A stretch of 64,000 nucleotides of DNA from Hemiscyllium ocellatum (Eukaryota): assembly GCF_020745735.1 (NCBI RefSeq), contig NC_083411.1, positions 98,442,328 through 98,506,327 on the forward strand, in the 5' to 3' direction. The notes under the pieces are model-generated. The model was not told the origin of the DNA. It searched no databases and was given only the letters and a program-made list of their open reading frames with translations. The stretch's first letter is position 1; each line of letters begins with the position of its first letter. Positions 29,601 to 39,514 of the stretch are shown here, piece by piece. A program made the translations under genes and the position numbers.

Positions 29601-30230
29601 TTATTATAATAAGCGTGCTATATGAGTCAGCATTGCTTTATTAACGACCTTCTAATCTACAAACTGAAAATCACTGGCTCATAAGTGGATAATACTGTAA
29701 ACCTTGAACAGGGTGTTCAAATAAGAATGGTCCTTTCTTTGAACACAAAGAAAATCTGATTAACTGTGAATAAGTTCTAAACCCACTAATTATGGATTGT
29801 CTAATTCTCATCCTCTAGTCTCTGATTTTTAAAAAAGCTGTTATGGGGAGCTCTTTGTATTGTTGCTAGTGTGAACCTCAGTTAAGGTTCTTTTTCATTA
29901 TTTCTGATCAATGAACACTCAGCTATTGAGCATGTCTACTTTTACTATGTATGGTATTCATATTTAAAACTTCTCTACAGGATTGGGCGACATTCCAAAT
30001 CATTGGATACACAGCGTTTTGTCTGTGCTTTATGTACGGGCCCTCTTGTTCTATTAACAAAGCTGTTAAAAGATGGCACACCTGCCAAAAAGGATCTAGC
30101 GCCATTTGCTAAATTTGTGAAGGAGAACTACAGCTCAGTCAAGAAGGAGTTTAAGGGACTTCAACATGCTGATGTCATGCGGCAACTAAGTGCAGACTTT
30201 GCAAAGAAGACGCAGATAACTGATTTCTAA
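5559..30230 (+). CDS. GCNA: Germ cell nuclear acidic peptidase (GCNA/ACRC), complete spliced CDS, 12 coding exons, 594 aa
   Basis: Exons 5559-5648, 8040-8322, 10512-10593, 12349-12398, 19735-19804, 21248-21336, 22019-22207, 24089-24290, 24831-24966, 25054-25192, 25656-25860 and 29981-30230. All have AG/GT boundaries and matching phases and sum to 1785 nt, open to TAA. The protein has an acidic Ser/Asp/Glu N-terminal region, CQIPCCFLQDL...LPEKLVITWNKKMRKTAG...RLRDTLIHELCHAA (SprT HExxH), CNKC...CALC zinc finger and FAKFVKENY...VMRQLS HMG-like tail. Confidence 0.93.
5770..6490 (+). mobile_element. Penelope-like element 3' part (GIY-YIG plus pLTR with hammerhead motif)
   Basis: KQHFVCTSHNLVHCIRCSQCGLLYFWETKCRLGD; terminal CTGAGGAAGGGTCAACAGACCTGAAATGTTA...GATGCTGCCAGAC. 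Confidence 0.85.
7184..7587. mobile_element. Solo LTR (404 bp) with 5-bp TSD
   Basis: TGTTGTGGAAA...TTTCCACTACA inverted termini flanked by ACTGT on both sides (7179-7183 and 7588-7592). Confidence 0.85.
7600..7968 (-). mobile_element. CR1 3' fragment
   Basis: Reverse complement of the CR1 3' region also seen at 3040-3400 and 37326-37700. Confidence 0.8.
8040..8322 (+). CDS. GCNA: GCNA coding exon 2 (acidic disordered region)
   Basis: tttttcag acceptor; LQERITKS...IVISDSSDSDLET; donor gtaagc at 8323, phase 1. Confidence 0.82.
8610..10175 (+). mobile_element. Decayed CR1-type LINE RT and 3' UTR
   Basis: LKVDKLPRPDELHLRILKEIA, SCLTNL, WAKKWQMEYNVGKYEVMHFG motifs. Confidence 0.85.
10512..10593 (+). 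CDS. GCNA: GCNA coding exon 3
   Basis: ttttacag acceptor, open in phase 1 (CVLSNVVQKKALNSDFKARRTLKTTNR), donor gtgtgg, phase 2 matches next exon. Confidence 0.7.
11150..11610 (+). mobile_element. Old LINE (L2/CR1-clade) 3' fragment
   Basis: Resembles the minus-strand copy at ~23280-23750 and the plus copy at 26720-26960. Confidence 0.5.
12349..12398 (+). CDS. GCNA: GCNA coding exon 4
   Basis: tgtatcag acceptor; LSEPNTDSSGDEDYEK; donor gtgagt, phase 2 to 1. Confidence 0.8.
13055..15583 (+). mobile_element. Decayed CR1 LINE (endonuclease, RT, 3' tail)
   Basis: GLYYRPPNS, GNYRPVNLTS, QHGFVRGRSCLTNLIEFFEEV, SGVPQGS, FADETK; TTTGTTC repeat tail. Confidence 0.92.
15600..17060 (-). mobile_element. 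Old CR1-type LINE fragments
   Basis: Minus-strand degenerate RT and 3' region similarity. Confidence 0.6.
17730..18040 (+). mobile_element. Penelope-like pLTR/3' fragment
   Basis: C-rich tract followed by CTGATCAAAGACTTATGCCCGAAACATCGATTCTCCTGCTCTTCGGATGCTGCC. Confidence 0.75.
18135..18445 (+). repeat. Degenerate tandem repeat block
   Basis: Recurrent TTCCTCGACTC...AAATAAAGTTC, CCCAGCAAAT and GGTAGGGACA motifs. Confidence 0.55.
18965..19555. mobile_element. Unclassified interspersed repeat
   Basis: GC-richer segment with internal CCTCCAGTC repeats, unlike the flanking intron; family not determined. Confidence 0.35.
19735..19804 (+). CDS. GCNA: GCNA coding exon 5
   Basis: Polypyrimidine tract plus cag; FLARVKTPKVQPERYRAWRENDD; donor gtcagt, phase 1 to 2. 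Confidence 0.8.
21248..21336 (+). CDS. GCNA: GCNA coding exon 6
   Basis: ctgcacag acceptor; SLKDFIVSDESSFDELE...; donor gtaagt, phase 2 to 1. Confidence 0.85.
22019..22207 (+). CDS. GCNA: GCNA coding exon 7
   Basis: ccacag acceptor; ...SDTSSDEFESLFQRIKNK...; donor gtaagt, phase 1 to 1. Confidence 0.85.
22740..23980 (-). mobile_element. Old SINE/LINE (L2-clade-like) fragments
   Basis: TTTATTGCCCATCCCT...TGTAGGCCAGAC motif also seen near 63790; degenerate LINE 3' region at 23280-23980. Confidence 0.5.
24089..24290 (+). CDS. GCNA: GCNA coding exon 8 (Ser/Lys-rich)
   Basis: catttag acceptor; PVKQKPSFN...QRPVSRQ; donor gtatgt, phase 1 to 2. Confidence 0.8.
24831..24966 (+). CDS. GCNA: GCNA coding exon 9 (start of SprT region)
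   Basis: ttctcatcag acceptor; CQIPCCFLQDL...ELTQELYNLYNKSVFQQK; donor gtaaaa. Confidence 0.92.
25054..25192 (+). CDS. GCNA: GCNA coding exon 10 (SprT)
   Basis: ttttgcag acceptor after an 87-nt intron; LPEKLVITWNKKMRKTAGYC...RIELSEKVCDSA; donor gtgaga. Confidence 0.94.
25656..25860 (+). CDS. GCNA: GCNA coding exon 11 (HExxH active site, first zinc-finger CxxC)
   Basis: ERLRDTLIHELCHAATWL...GHGPFWK...RCHTYEINYKYTYQCNKCKNT; donor gtaagt. Confidence 0.96.
26238..26620 (+). mobile_element. HE1-like V-SINE, older subfamily
   Basis: tRNA head plus V-domain, diverged. Confidence 0.85.
27378..27870 (-). mobile_element. Young CR1 3' end (5'-truncated)
   Basis: PYYRKDVEALEQVQRRFTRMLPG...RGDLIEVYKMIRG intact; TTTCTATG tail. 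Confidence 0.92.
28130..29500 (-). mobile_element. Old CR1 fragment (endonuclease-RT)
   Basis: LKVDKSSGPNDLHPREL; LGKSDHSMME. Confidence 0.75.
28647..28865. mobile_element. Tc1/mariner (Tigger-like) MITE, 219 bp
   Basis: TIR CAGTCGGTTCTGCTATA / TATACCAGAACCGACTG (16/17), flanked by TA on both sides. Confidence 0.9.
29981..30230 (+). CDS. GCNA: GCNA last coding exon (second CxxC and HMG-like box, stop)
   Basis: ctctacag acceptor; IGRHSKSLDTQRFVCALCTG...FAKFVKENYSSVKKE...TDF* (TAA ends 30230). Confidence 0.94.
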
Positions 30231-30382
30231 ATGTTCTTAGCAATTCAATCTCTTTTGAAGGTCTGCGGAGATAGACGAATTCTATAACATTGTCAGCTTG
30301 AGAGTCCACCAAGGTATATGTTACCAAAACTAAAAATTTATAATTTTTTTTCCTGCAAGGGAAGAAGCATTTTGTTGCTAAA

Positions 30383-30388
30383 AATAAA
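30383..30388 (+). terminator. Candidate proximal polyadenylation signal for GCNA
   Basis: AATAAA ~150 nt after the stop followed by a T/GT-rich tract; further AATAAA at 32315 and ~32354 could be distal sites. Confidence 0.45.
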
Positions 30389-31352
30389 ACTTTTGTTTTG
30401 TGGAAATTATTCCAATTAGATGTACTAAATATTTACAGTTCCACCTAACACACTGATCTCTTGGAAATAAGTGTTCTTCTTGATCATATTCCAGACAGGT
30501 GTCCAATTTTTGATGCACCGCAAATGTTCTGCTTATGCTCTAGTTGAGGAAGAAAGCATGCAATAATATGTTACCTCAAAGTGTGGTTACTTGATAAGAC
30601 TATGAAGAACAGGATTGAGGGGTCTGTTGTCACTTTTTGTGACCATTTCTTAGCCGTGTCCTTGATATGAAAATGGACAGAGTCATCTATTTCTGCAACA
30701 GTAAGAATCCCACTTGAAATTAAGAGTTTTCAGCTGCTTCAATCGACAGAGTACAAATTAACATCCGGAAGAGGCTGTAACAATGGTTTCTGTGAAAATT
30801 TATCTTGCACTTGCAGCATTCTGAAATTTAACTTTTTGCATTCATAAAGCACTGTAAAGGGAGCTGTATCTGGTAATAATCTCTTGTACTTAATCTGGGA
30901 ATATTTAGTGCCAACAAGCAGTGATCTTGTTCAGCTGTAGCAAAAAATGTCGAAAGAAGCCCAAGTGAAGTTTGAATAATGTTGGAAAGAATGTTGCATT
31001 GAATTTGCTTTCATGAGACACAATGGTGGTGATCGAAAGGGATATTTTAGATTTTTCCATTTAACTTTGACAAATTGGCTTATTGTTGTGACAGGTTTGT
31101 CTCTGGCCTGACCACTACAGTATAGTTTTAAAATAGAAAGAATGATATTAATTCAATTTATAAAATTACCTTCTGGTGTTTCTCAAACACAACAAAATAC
31201 TTCAAACAGTAAAATACATTGAAGTGAAGACAGTTGCCTTGTGTAAGAAAACACAGTTGCCACTTTGCACAACAAAACCTCATAGTTGTTTCCTATTTTA
31301 GCCATATTAAACTTATCCAGGTTGGCTATATTTGGCCTATTCTAACTCTTAT

Positions 31353-31515
31353 AAAGTTGAAAATCACATGACATCAGGCTATAGTCCAACAGATTTATTT
31401 GAAAATACAAGCTTTCGGAGGGCTACTCTACAGATGAAGGAGCAGTGCTCCGAAAGCTTATATTTTCAAATAAACCTGTTGAACAATAACCTGGGGTCGT
31501 GTGATTTTTAATTTT
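31353..31515. repeat. Palindromic Penelope-derived element (long hairpin)
   Basis: AAAATCACATGACATCAGG...AAGCTTTCGGAG / CTCCGAAAGCTT...CCTGGGGTCGTGTGATTTT; same family at 54130 and 62535. Confidence 0.8.
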
Positions 31516-32776
31516 GATCACCCCAGTCAACACTGGCACCTTCACATCCTAACTCTAAAATGGTAGATGTTGGCTTTGGGTTTTAGTGCGATACATTACT
31601 AAAGAATGTCCTATTTGTTACATAGTTATTCTGTAAAGGACTTTTATAATTTTCTGTTTCTTGTTCATATCATGGTCCCTTGTAGCAATTTCTGTGTTAG
31701 TTTGGAGAGTTTCTGGGATATTGAACTCTGATGTTGGAAATTACCTCTTTTGTAACTTATGCAATAGTAACAGAACTGACCTGCGCTGCTGGTCCAGTGT
31801 AAATGCTAATTGTGAAAAATGCTTTTAAGTATTTTTGAGTAATCGGGACCTCTGGTCAATTTAGCCTTATTATTAAATATTGCTGACTTCCTTGGAACAA
31901 TATTACACCTGATGCGAACAATGTATTACATGCAACTCTTGGACTGCATCTGTTTAGGGATATTGCAAGTATTGCTCTGTGTATTTCCATGAAAGAAACT
32001 TAGAAATTTAGAATAGCTGTCTGAAATGTGGTATTTCCGGTTAAATAAGTTGGTAGTGATTTGTATCAGGTTAAACTAGTTGGTAGTGATACATCCTAGT
32101 TTCATGAGTTCAGATGAAATGGTAAAGGGAAAGAGAATTAACACAATCTATACAATGGATGTTTAAATCTGTGGACTATTAAACACCAAATCACTGCCCT
32201 TGAGTGAGGTTCTTTAGTGCTGCTTTTCACTTGTGACCTATAAACCCTGTTAAACCTTCATTACTTGTGTTTATATGGTAAAATTTGAGTTTATTGTGTG
32301 AACTGATTTTGTCAAATAAAGTTCAAGAATACCTCTTCATTGATATCCTTTCAAATAAAGATTTTGTCATAAAGAAACTGCAACATTTTATTCCTACTTG
32401 AAAACAATTTGCAGTCATAGAATGCATGAAATGGAAAGAAAAATCATAGTTTTTATGTGTAATACTGACTACCAATTGATGGAGTTTTGCTTGCGTTTCA
32501 GAGAAATACGCAATGGGGCAAGAAATATTGGCTTGGTTTATCTTGGGATAGTGAAAATAAGAATAAAGATCAGGGTGACACACTGTAAAATGTTTATCCA
32601 CAGCTTACTTAAATTAGTATTTCCTGTTTCAAAATTGTCAAACAGTACTTGATTCAAATTTTGGAAACCTTTTGGACATTTCGGTAAATACTTGAATAGA
32701 AAATGGTTGGAATATTGGTCAAGTGCCCTCTACCCACTGTGTCTAACGGCTGTCATAAGGAAGCCATTACTTAAGA

Positions 32777-33034
32777 AATTCCCGACTCTGGCGACAGACT
32801 GTGTGGAGTTTGCACGTTCTCCCCGTGTCTGCGTGGGTTTCCTCCGGGTGCTCTGGTTTCCTCCCACAGTCCAAAGATATGCGGGTCAGGTGAATTGGCC
32901 ATGCTAAATTGCCCGCAGTGTTAGGTAAGGGGTAAATGTAGGGGTATGGGTGGGTTGCGCTTCGGCGGGTCGGTGTGGACTTGTTGGGCCGAAGGGTCTG
33001 TTTCCACACTGTAAGTAATCTAATCTAATCTAAA
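32777..33034 (+). mobile_element. HE1-like V-SINE, 5'-truncated, young
   Basis: Near-identical to 1950-2188; (TAATC)n tail. Confidence 0.9.
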
Positions 33035-34897
33035 CAATAGGGCTTATCATTTAGCAAGTTTTGGGTAGCCAGTGGTGTATTGTGCTTGGAATGCCTTGGT
33101 GACCAGATTATGAAACATAATGATGGATAAGCAAGCTGCGTGATAATGCAATTAGCCATTTGGCATCCTGTACATGGTTCAAGTCATCCAGAGCTTCATG
33201 ATTGTGGTATGCATCCCTGTGAACCACAACGGATTAAGGTAGCGGAAGCATACAGGAAGATTTTGAATGAACTGACACACAACTGTGTAGAATTTAGTGT
33301 TGATTATTAGCCCTGGAAACCAAACCCTCCCTCCAGGATCCAGTGTCCCTCCAATTGAGCTGTTTCTAGAAAATTTGCTTCTTGCCCTTCACAGCAGGAA
33401 AGTTCTTGTATCACCATCCCCCAAGATAAGGCGATCTGAGCTGGAGCATAATGCAGACAGCAATTCCCGTGTAATAAACATTTAAATAGGTTCAGATGAA
33501 GCCAGGTTATATGTTTGCTTTTGTTTCCTGGAGGAAAATGTTTTTCATTTTATTTTTGGTTCTGCAAACCTTGTTTAGATTTTGGAAGGGCCTACTTATT
33601 TTTTTGTTTGTTCATTTCTAACCCCATCCTCTTGATGGACGGGCTCCCTGCCAGAGGGGTCTGGTAGTCAGAGGACCTCCTTGAAGACTTGTTTGTGGGC
33701 CTGGAGGATGTGGCCACCAACAAATCCAGAAAACAATTTTTGCACAGTAAAGGAATTAAGGTTTATGGTGAGAGGGTGGGTAAGTGGAGCTGAGGCCATG
33801 AAAAAATCAGCTATGATCTGAGTGAATGGTGGTGTGAACTTGAAGGGCCATCTGCCTATTATTGGCTCAAGGTAGCTTGAATCTTGCCTTTATTGGTCTG
33901 TGGAATAAGTGACCTGTAATGGATCTGGCTCTGGCTGAAACCCTATTTTGCACAGACTCTGGGCTCTGACTTCTGCTTGAAGAGGCAACTGTGTGTGAGA
34001 AACAAAGCTCACGCACTGCAATAATTTCAGTCCAAGACAAGATCTGAATCAGTAGTGCCTTTATTTCACACTTGCAAGTGGGTGTGATGTCCGCAAGGCA
34101 GGGACAAAAACACACTGAATTCAACAAATACTCGATATTTATATAATTTGGTTCCTATATGTTTTTTTTCTTATTTCATTGTTTCCCCCCCTGTTTACAT
34201 CCTCCACTTCCCTAAGACCGGTACCCATTACTCCTGTTTATCTCGTGTCTTATCCGGTCTTGTCTGTGAAAAAAATGCTCATTCCTGTTCTCAAGGCCAT
34301 TTGACCTTATCCTGCTGTGGGCACATCCTTGCCTAACCATTATTTACTCCTTCCATTTGTGCCACCCCTCTCAGCATCTTATCATTAAGACTCATTTAAT
34401 TGGGGTTTGTTCCTGTATTTCTGTAAAAATGGGAAACAGATGTTTATACCTACTGTTTATACAGGCATATTGAGTTTAACTGTCTGTCTTCACAGCATCT
34501 TATCACGAAGCCCTTTTAATTGGGGTTACCATTGTTGTGTAGTCCTGTTTCTTTCTTGCATACATTTTTAGCTAATACAAACAAAACAATTATGCATTTC
34601 CTCCACAGAATTCCTATTCTTGTTGACTCAGCTCCTGGCTGAAACAATTACACACTGATGTTAGTTCAGTTATTTTTTATATAATGAATTGCAGAAGCAA
34701 CATAAATTTTCTATATCCCACATGTGTAAACCATACCTAAGTGTCAATTTACTTGTTTTCAAAAACATGTAGCAATTCTTAAGACATCCTTTTCTCATTT
34801 CAGTGCACAAAAATGTAGAAAAATAAAACAAAATCTTTAGAACATGCAACTTGTTTGTGGCACTAAAGTAGTGAATTATCTCAATTTTTCAAGAATT

Positions 34898-35208
34898 GGG
34901 CGGCACAGTGGTTAGCACTGCTGCCTCACAGCGCCAGAGACCCGGGTTCAATTCCCGCCTCAGGTGACTGACGGTGTGGAGTTTGCATGTTCTCCCTGTG
35001 TCTGCGTGAGTTTTCTCCTGGTGCTCCGGTTTCCTCCCACAGTCCAAAGATGAGCAGGTCAGGTGAATTGGCCATGCTAAGTTGCCCGTAGTGTTAGGTA
35101 AGGGGCAAATGTAAGGGTTGGGGTATGGGTGGGTTTCGCTTCGGCGGGTCGGTGTGGACATGTTGGGCTGAAGGGGCCTGTTTCCACACTGTAAGTAATC
35201 TAATCTAA
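34898..35208 (+). mobile_element. HE1-like V-SINE
   Basis: tRNA head, V-domain, (TAATC)n tail. Confidence 0.9.
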
Positions 35209-35449
35209 TTTAGCCAAGTGTGTGGCTACAACAGTTATTGCTGAGCTGGGTTATGGTGGAAGTGCCCTGATTTGACCTCAGTTGGAGATGGGTGGCTGTG
35301 CTGATTATTCTGATACGGACGTTGTTCTGTGAACCTTTCGCGGTGATGTCTGAAGGTGAGTATGATTTAGCTTACATAAATCACAATGCTCGAAATGTGA
35401 CTTTGCAATTTTAATGTTGCTATCTCGAGATTCAAATCGCAATCGAGAC

Positions 35450-35957
35450 AGTAAACATCTTAAATGTTCTCACCACGCCGGCCTGATTCCTATTCGCGAG
35501 CGGCTTTGTGGGTGACATGAAACTCTTCTCGACGCGGCCAAGCGCGTGAGCAGAGATGAGAGCGCATGTGCACGGGGGGGCGGGGCTGCGAAAAGGCGGG
35601 AAATGGTGTCGGCGGACGGTTAGTGAGAGCGCGCGCGCGCACACCTCCGCCTTCAGGAGGCGGTTCACTGTCAGGACTTCCAACTGCCCCAGCAGTACCG
35701 TGATTTCAGAGCGCACGTGCCAACTTTTGTGCTTTCATTTATTAATTACCACTTTTTAAAATTACCGACTCCGATGTAAAGTATTGACTCAAATATCATT
35801 CTACAATAATTGAGAGAAAGAAAAGTGGTTATTTCGGACAGCAGGAAATTTCGAAGTAACTTTTCCTCTGCCCAAGCCGGTTATCGATCATCTGGAGCCG
35901 TGAGGAGAGGAGCTTCAACACTGAGTGGTGCCAGTGTTCTTTTTAAAAACGGACATG
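35450..35957 (+). promoter_or_regulatory. TEX11: CpG-island promoter and probable first exon of TEX11
   Basis: The only clear non-repeat CpG-dense stretch in the window. NRF1-like GCGCATGTGC at 35562, GC box GGGGCGGGG at 35577, E2F GGCGGGAAA at 35595, E-box CACGTG at 35714; ends ATG|gtaact at 35955-35963. Confidence 0.78.
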
Positions 35958-38900
35958 GTAACTTGTTTCTGGTGGAAAATGTTTCATTTTTGGTCCATTA
36001 ACGTCGAGATGACCAGATTGGTTAATTCTGCAGCTCCAAAACGCATGTGTTATTTTAATTATAATTTTTATCTAAACGATTTCTCCTAGGTAATGATATG
36101 GTAGTTACTCGTGACGAACATGTTCGTATTCTATGAGTAAATGTATACTGAAAAAGATAAAACCTGGGTAGTAAAGAGCCATTATATGTTAGTTCCATGT
36201 AAGATGTTCATTAGTTCTGATGAAGTGTCATTGGACTTGAAGTAAACTGTTTTCTCTCCATAGTTTCTGCCAGACCTGTTTCTCCAGAAGTTCTGTTTTT
36301 GTGTGTTTAAGACATGCAAAGTTTGCAATTCTTTACTTAATATTGTGGGTAAGACTAGGTGTCTACTAAATTGTTAAATCTTTGAAGGATTGAGATGATG
36401 GTTTTACCAATCTGCCTACAGACAAGACTGATTTTGTAAATGCTTTGAGTGGGAGATAAATTATTGATTTAAAGTCTATTTATATAAAAAGCATAACATT
36501 CTGTGGATGCTGGACATCTGAAATAAATATGTGCTGGAGACACTTAGGCCTGACAGCATTTGTGAAGAAAGATGTGGGGTTAATGTTTCAAATCCAAAGC
36601 AAATAATTCAGCGAAAGTGCTGTAGTTTTAAAGATTGGGTACCAAATCAGTCAACATTTTCTTTAGTCCGAATGGCTTCACTTAGTACAGGAAAAAGCCA
36701 TCTGGTGCAAGAAAGACAAATATCTTTTTAGTTGCTGGTGGTCAATAAACTTGCCAGTACTCAGTCTCAGTTTTGAGGATATGACCTCTGGAATCGTGTC
36801 ACCATATTAAGCTTATATTGGATGCCTGCTTTTGCTTTGAGGTAAAGGTCCCACGTTAACTACCAACAGACCAGTAAAATAATTGAAGATGCAAATTGTG
36901 GCTTCCTTTCAACCCGCTTTTACGAAACTGCTTGGTCCTTCTGAAGTAGACAAGCAGGAGGCTGGAAGAACACAGCAAGCCAGGCAGCATCAGCATCCGG
37001 AGGTGGAGAAGTCAATCTTTTGGGCAAAATGCTTCTTCAGGAATCAAGGTGGGGCTAGGAGGAGCCCCAGATGACTGGGTTGGGGGAGGGGTCAGGGTGA
37101 GGAGAGCAGTGGAATGGTGAGATAGTGGTAGGTGAACACAGATGGTGGATTTGGTCTGGTTAGTCGATGGGATGAATGAATTTGCTTAGTAGCTGGAAGG
37201 AAGAGTTTTAAGGGAGGAGGTGGGCCTGGAAAGGGAGTTGGGGGATGGATAAAAAGGTTATTTGAAATTGGAAACCTCAATGTTGAGTCCTCCAAGCTGC
37301 AGGCTGTCTAGGCAGAAGATAAGCTAGTCATAGAGATGTACAGCTTGGAAACAGACCCTTCGGTCCAACCCGTCCATGCCGACCAGATATTCCAACCCAA
37401 TCTAGTCCCACCTGCCAGCACCCGGCCCATATCCCTCCAAACCCTTTGTATTCATATGCCCATCCAAATGCCTCTTAAATGTTGCAATTGTACCAGCCTC
37501 CACCACTTCCTCTGGCAGCTCATTCCATACACTTACCACCCTCTCTTTTATGTCTTTCCCCTGTCACCCTAAACCTATGCCCTCTAATTCTGGACTCCCT
37601 GACCCCACGGAAAAGACTTTGCCTATTTATCCTATCCATGTCCCTCATAATTTTGTAAACCTCTATAAGGTCACCCCTCAGCCTCTGACGTTCCAGGGAA
37701 AACATCCCGAGCCTGTTCAGCCTCTCCCTATAGCACAAATCCTCCGACCCTGGCAACCTTCTTGTAAATCTTTTCTGGACCCTTTCAGGTTTCACAACAT
37801 CTTTCCAATAGGAAGGAGACCAGAATTACATGCAGTATTCTAACAGTGGCCTAACCCATGTCCTGTACAGCCGCAACATGACCTCCCAACTCCTGTACTC
37901 AATACTCTGACCATTGAAGGAAAGCATATCAAACTCTTCCTTCACTATCCTATCTACCTGCGACTCCACTTTCAAGGAGCTATGAACCTGCACTCCAAGG
38001 TCTCTTTGTTCAGCAGCACTCCCTAGGACCTTACCATTAAGTGTATAAGTCCTGCTAAGATTTGCTTTCCCAAAATGCAGCACCTGTCATTTATCTGAAT
38101 TAAACTTCATCTGCTATTTCTCAGTCCATTGGCTCATATGGTCCCGATCCTGTTGTAATCTGAGGAAACCCTCTTCACTGTCCACTGCATCTCCAATTTT
38201 GCTTCCTTCTGAATCCCTGTTTAGTAAAATGTTTATTTTTGTGGACTTGCTTATCTGGATCATGACATGTTTTGCTGTAGGAACTGCATTCCTGAAATTT
38301 CTTGACCATTTTTGGCCAATATTTCTATCTGGGGAGCTGGTGTCTACACTTGCTCTATGGGATTGTTTGGAGGTCTCCGCAGCCTCATCAAACTCCTGTT
38401 TCATGCAGTAGTATTCTGGAACTACCTTGGCTTTGACTTCCGTTTGAATGCTTTCTAATTATTATTCAATCCTTAAAGAAAGTTTCAGGTTGCAACCAAA
38501 TACCATATATACTCAAATAAGAGTCAGTTTTTTTTTAGTACTTTTTAAGGTTAAATTTATGTGATCAATTATTACATAGATACTAATTTTGAGGGGCTGA
38601 AACTTATGCTCATTAAAATTCATACTGTATCATAAGCAGAAGCCCCGTGAACTTCTAAATGAATAAAGGAGGATAAAAAACGAATTGTAGTAGTTCTGAA
38701 AACATGGAGCGGAACGCAACGGCTAGCGGGCTGGAAGACCCAGAGCAGAACACTGGCAAACTGGAAAGCTAGAGCAGGATGTAACAGCTGGGACTCTGAC
38801 TCATAAATGTGAAGAACTAGGGTTGACTTTTACACGAGATATATGGAAAATTCCAAGTTAATTGGCCAAAAATAGGGTTGACTTTTACATGAAATTGACT

Positions 38901-39473
38901 ATTACTTGAGGATATATGGTACCAAAACCTTGAAACGCATGTCACTGGTAGATACGTGTTGCCGAGGTATCAGAACTGAGGAAGGGTCATTTGACCTGAA
39001 ATGATAACTCTAATTTCTCACCACATACTGCCAGACCTGCTAAGATTTTCCAGCTATTTCTGTTTTTGGCCAGTTTTGAATATATTGGCTGACTTGCTGC
39101 TGCTTAAATCAATACGGTAATCAATCCAGCTTTTAAGCTGTCAATTACTCTACCATATCATTGTCCATTTGAATTTCTTGCATTTTCTTCACAAACTTGT
39201 CAAAGGCTCTATCACAGTGCTGTAATCTGTAACAAACCATATAAGTTCCATGCATGCAAATATACCTCAAACTTTCTAATTTTGTCTTCAAAAAACAACA
39301 TAACACTCAATATATTCTTTTTTATTGTTTCTCAAGGTGCTTCTTGACCTTGCCCTGCTGAGTTCTCCAAATAACTTACATTTGATTTCACAGTTTCTTA
39401 GTCAGTTGGACATTTGTAGCTGATCTAACCATATGGTTGAACGTTGTAAATGTTTCTTTCAGGCTGAACATAA

Positions 39474-39514
<41 letters not shown>

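Noticed and set aside
35432-36001. ORFs over the CpG island, or a divergent minus-strand gene
   Set aside because: No recognisable protein similarity or downstream minus-strand exons; explained by GC richness.
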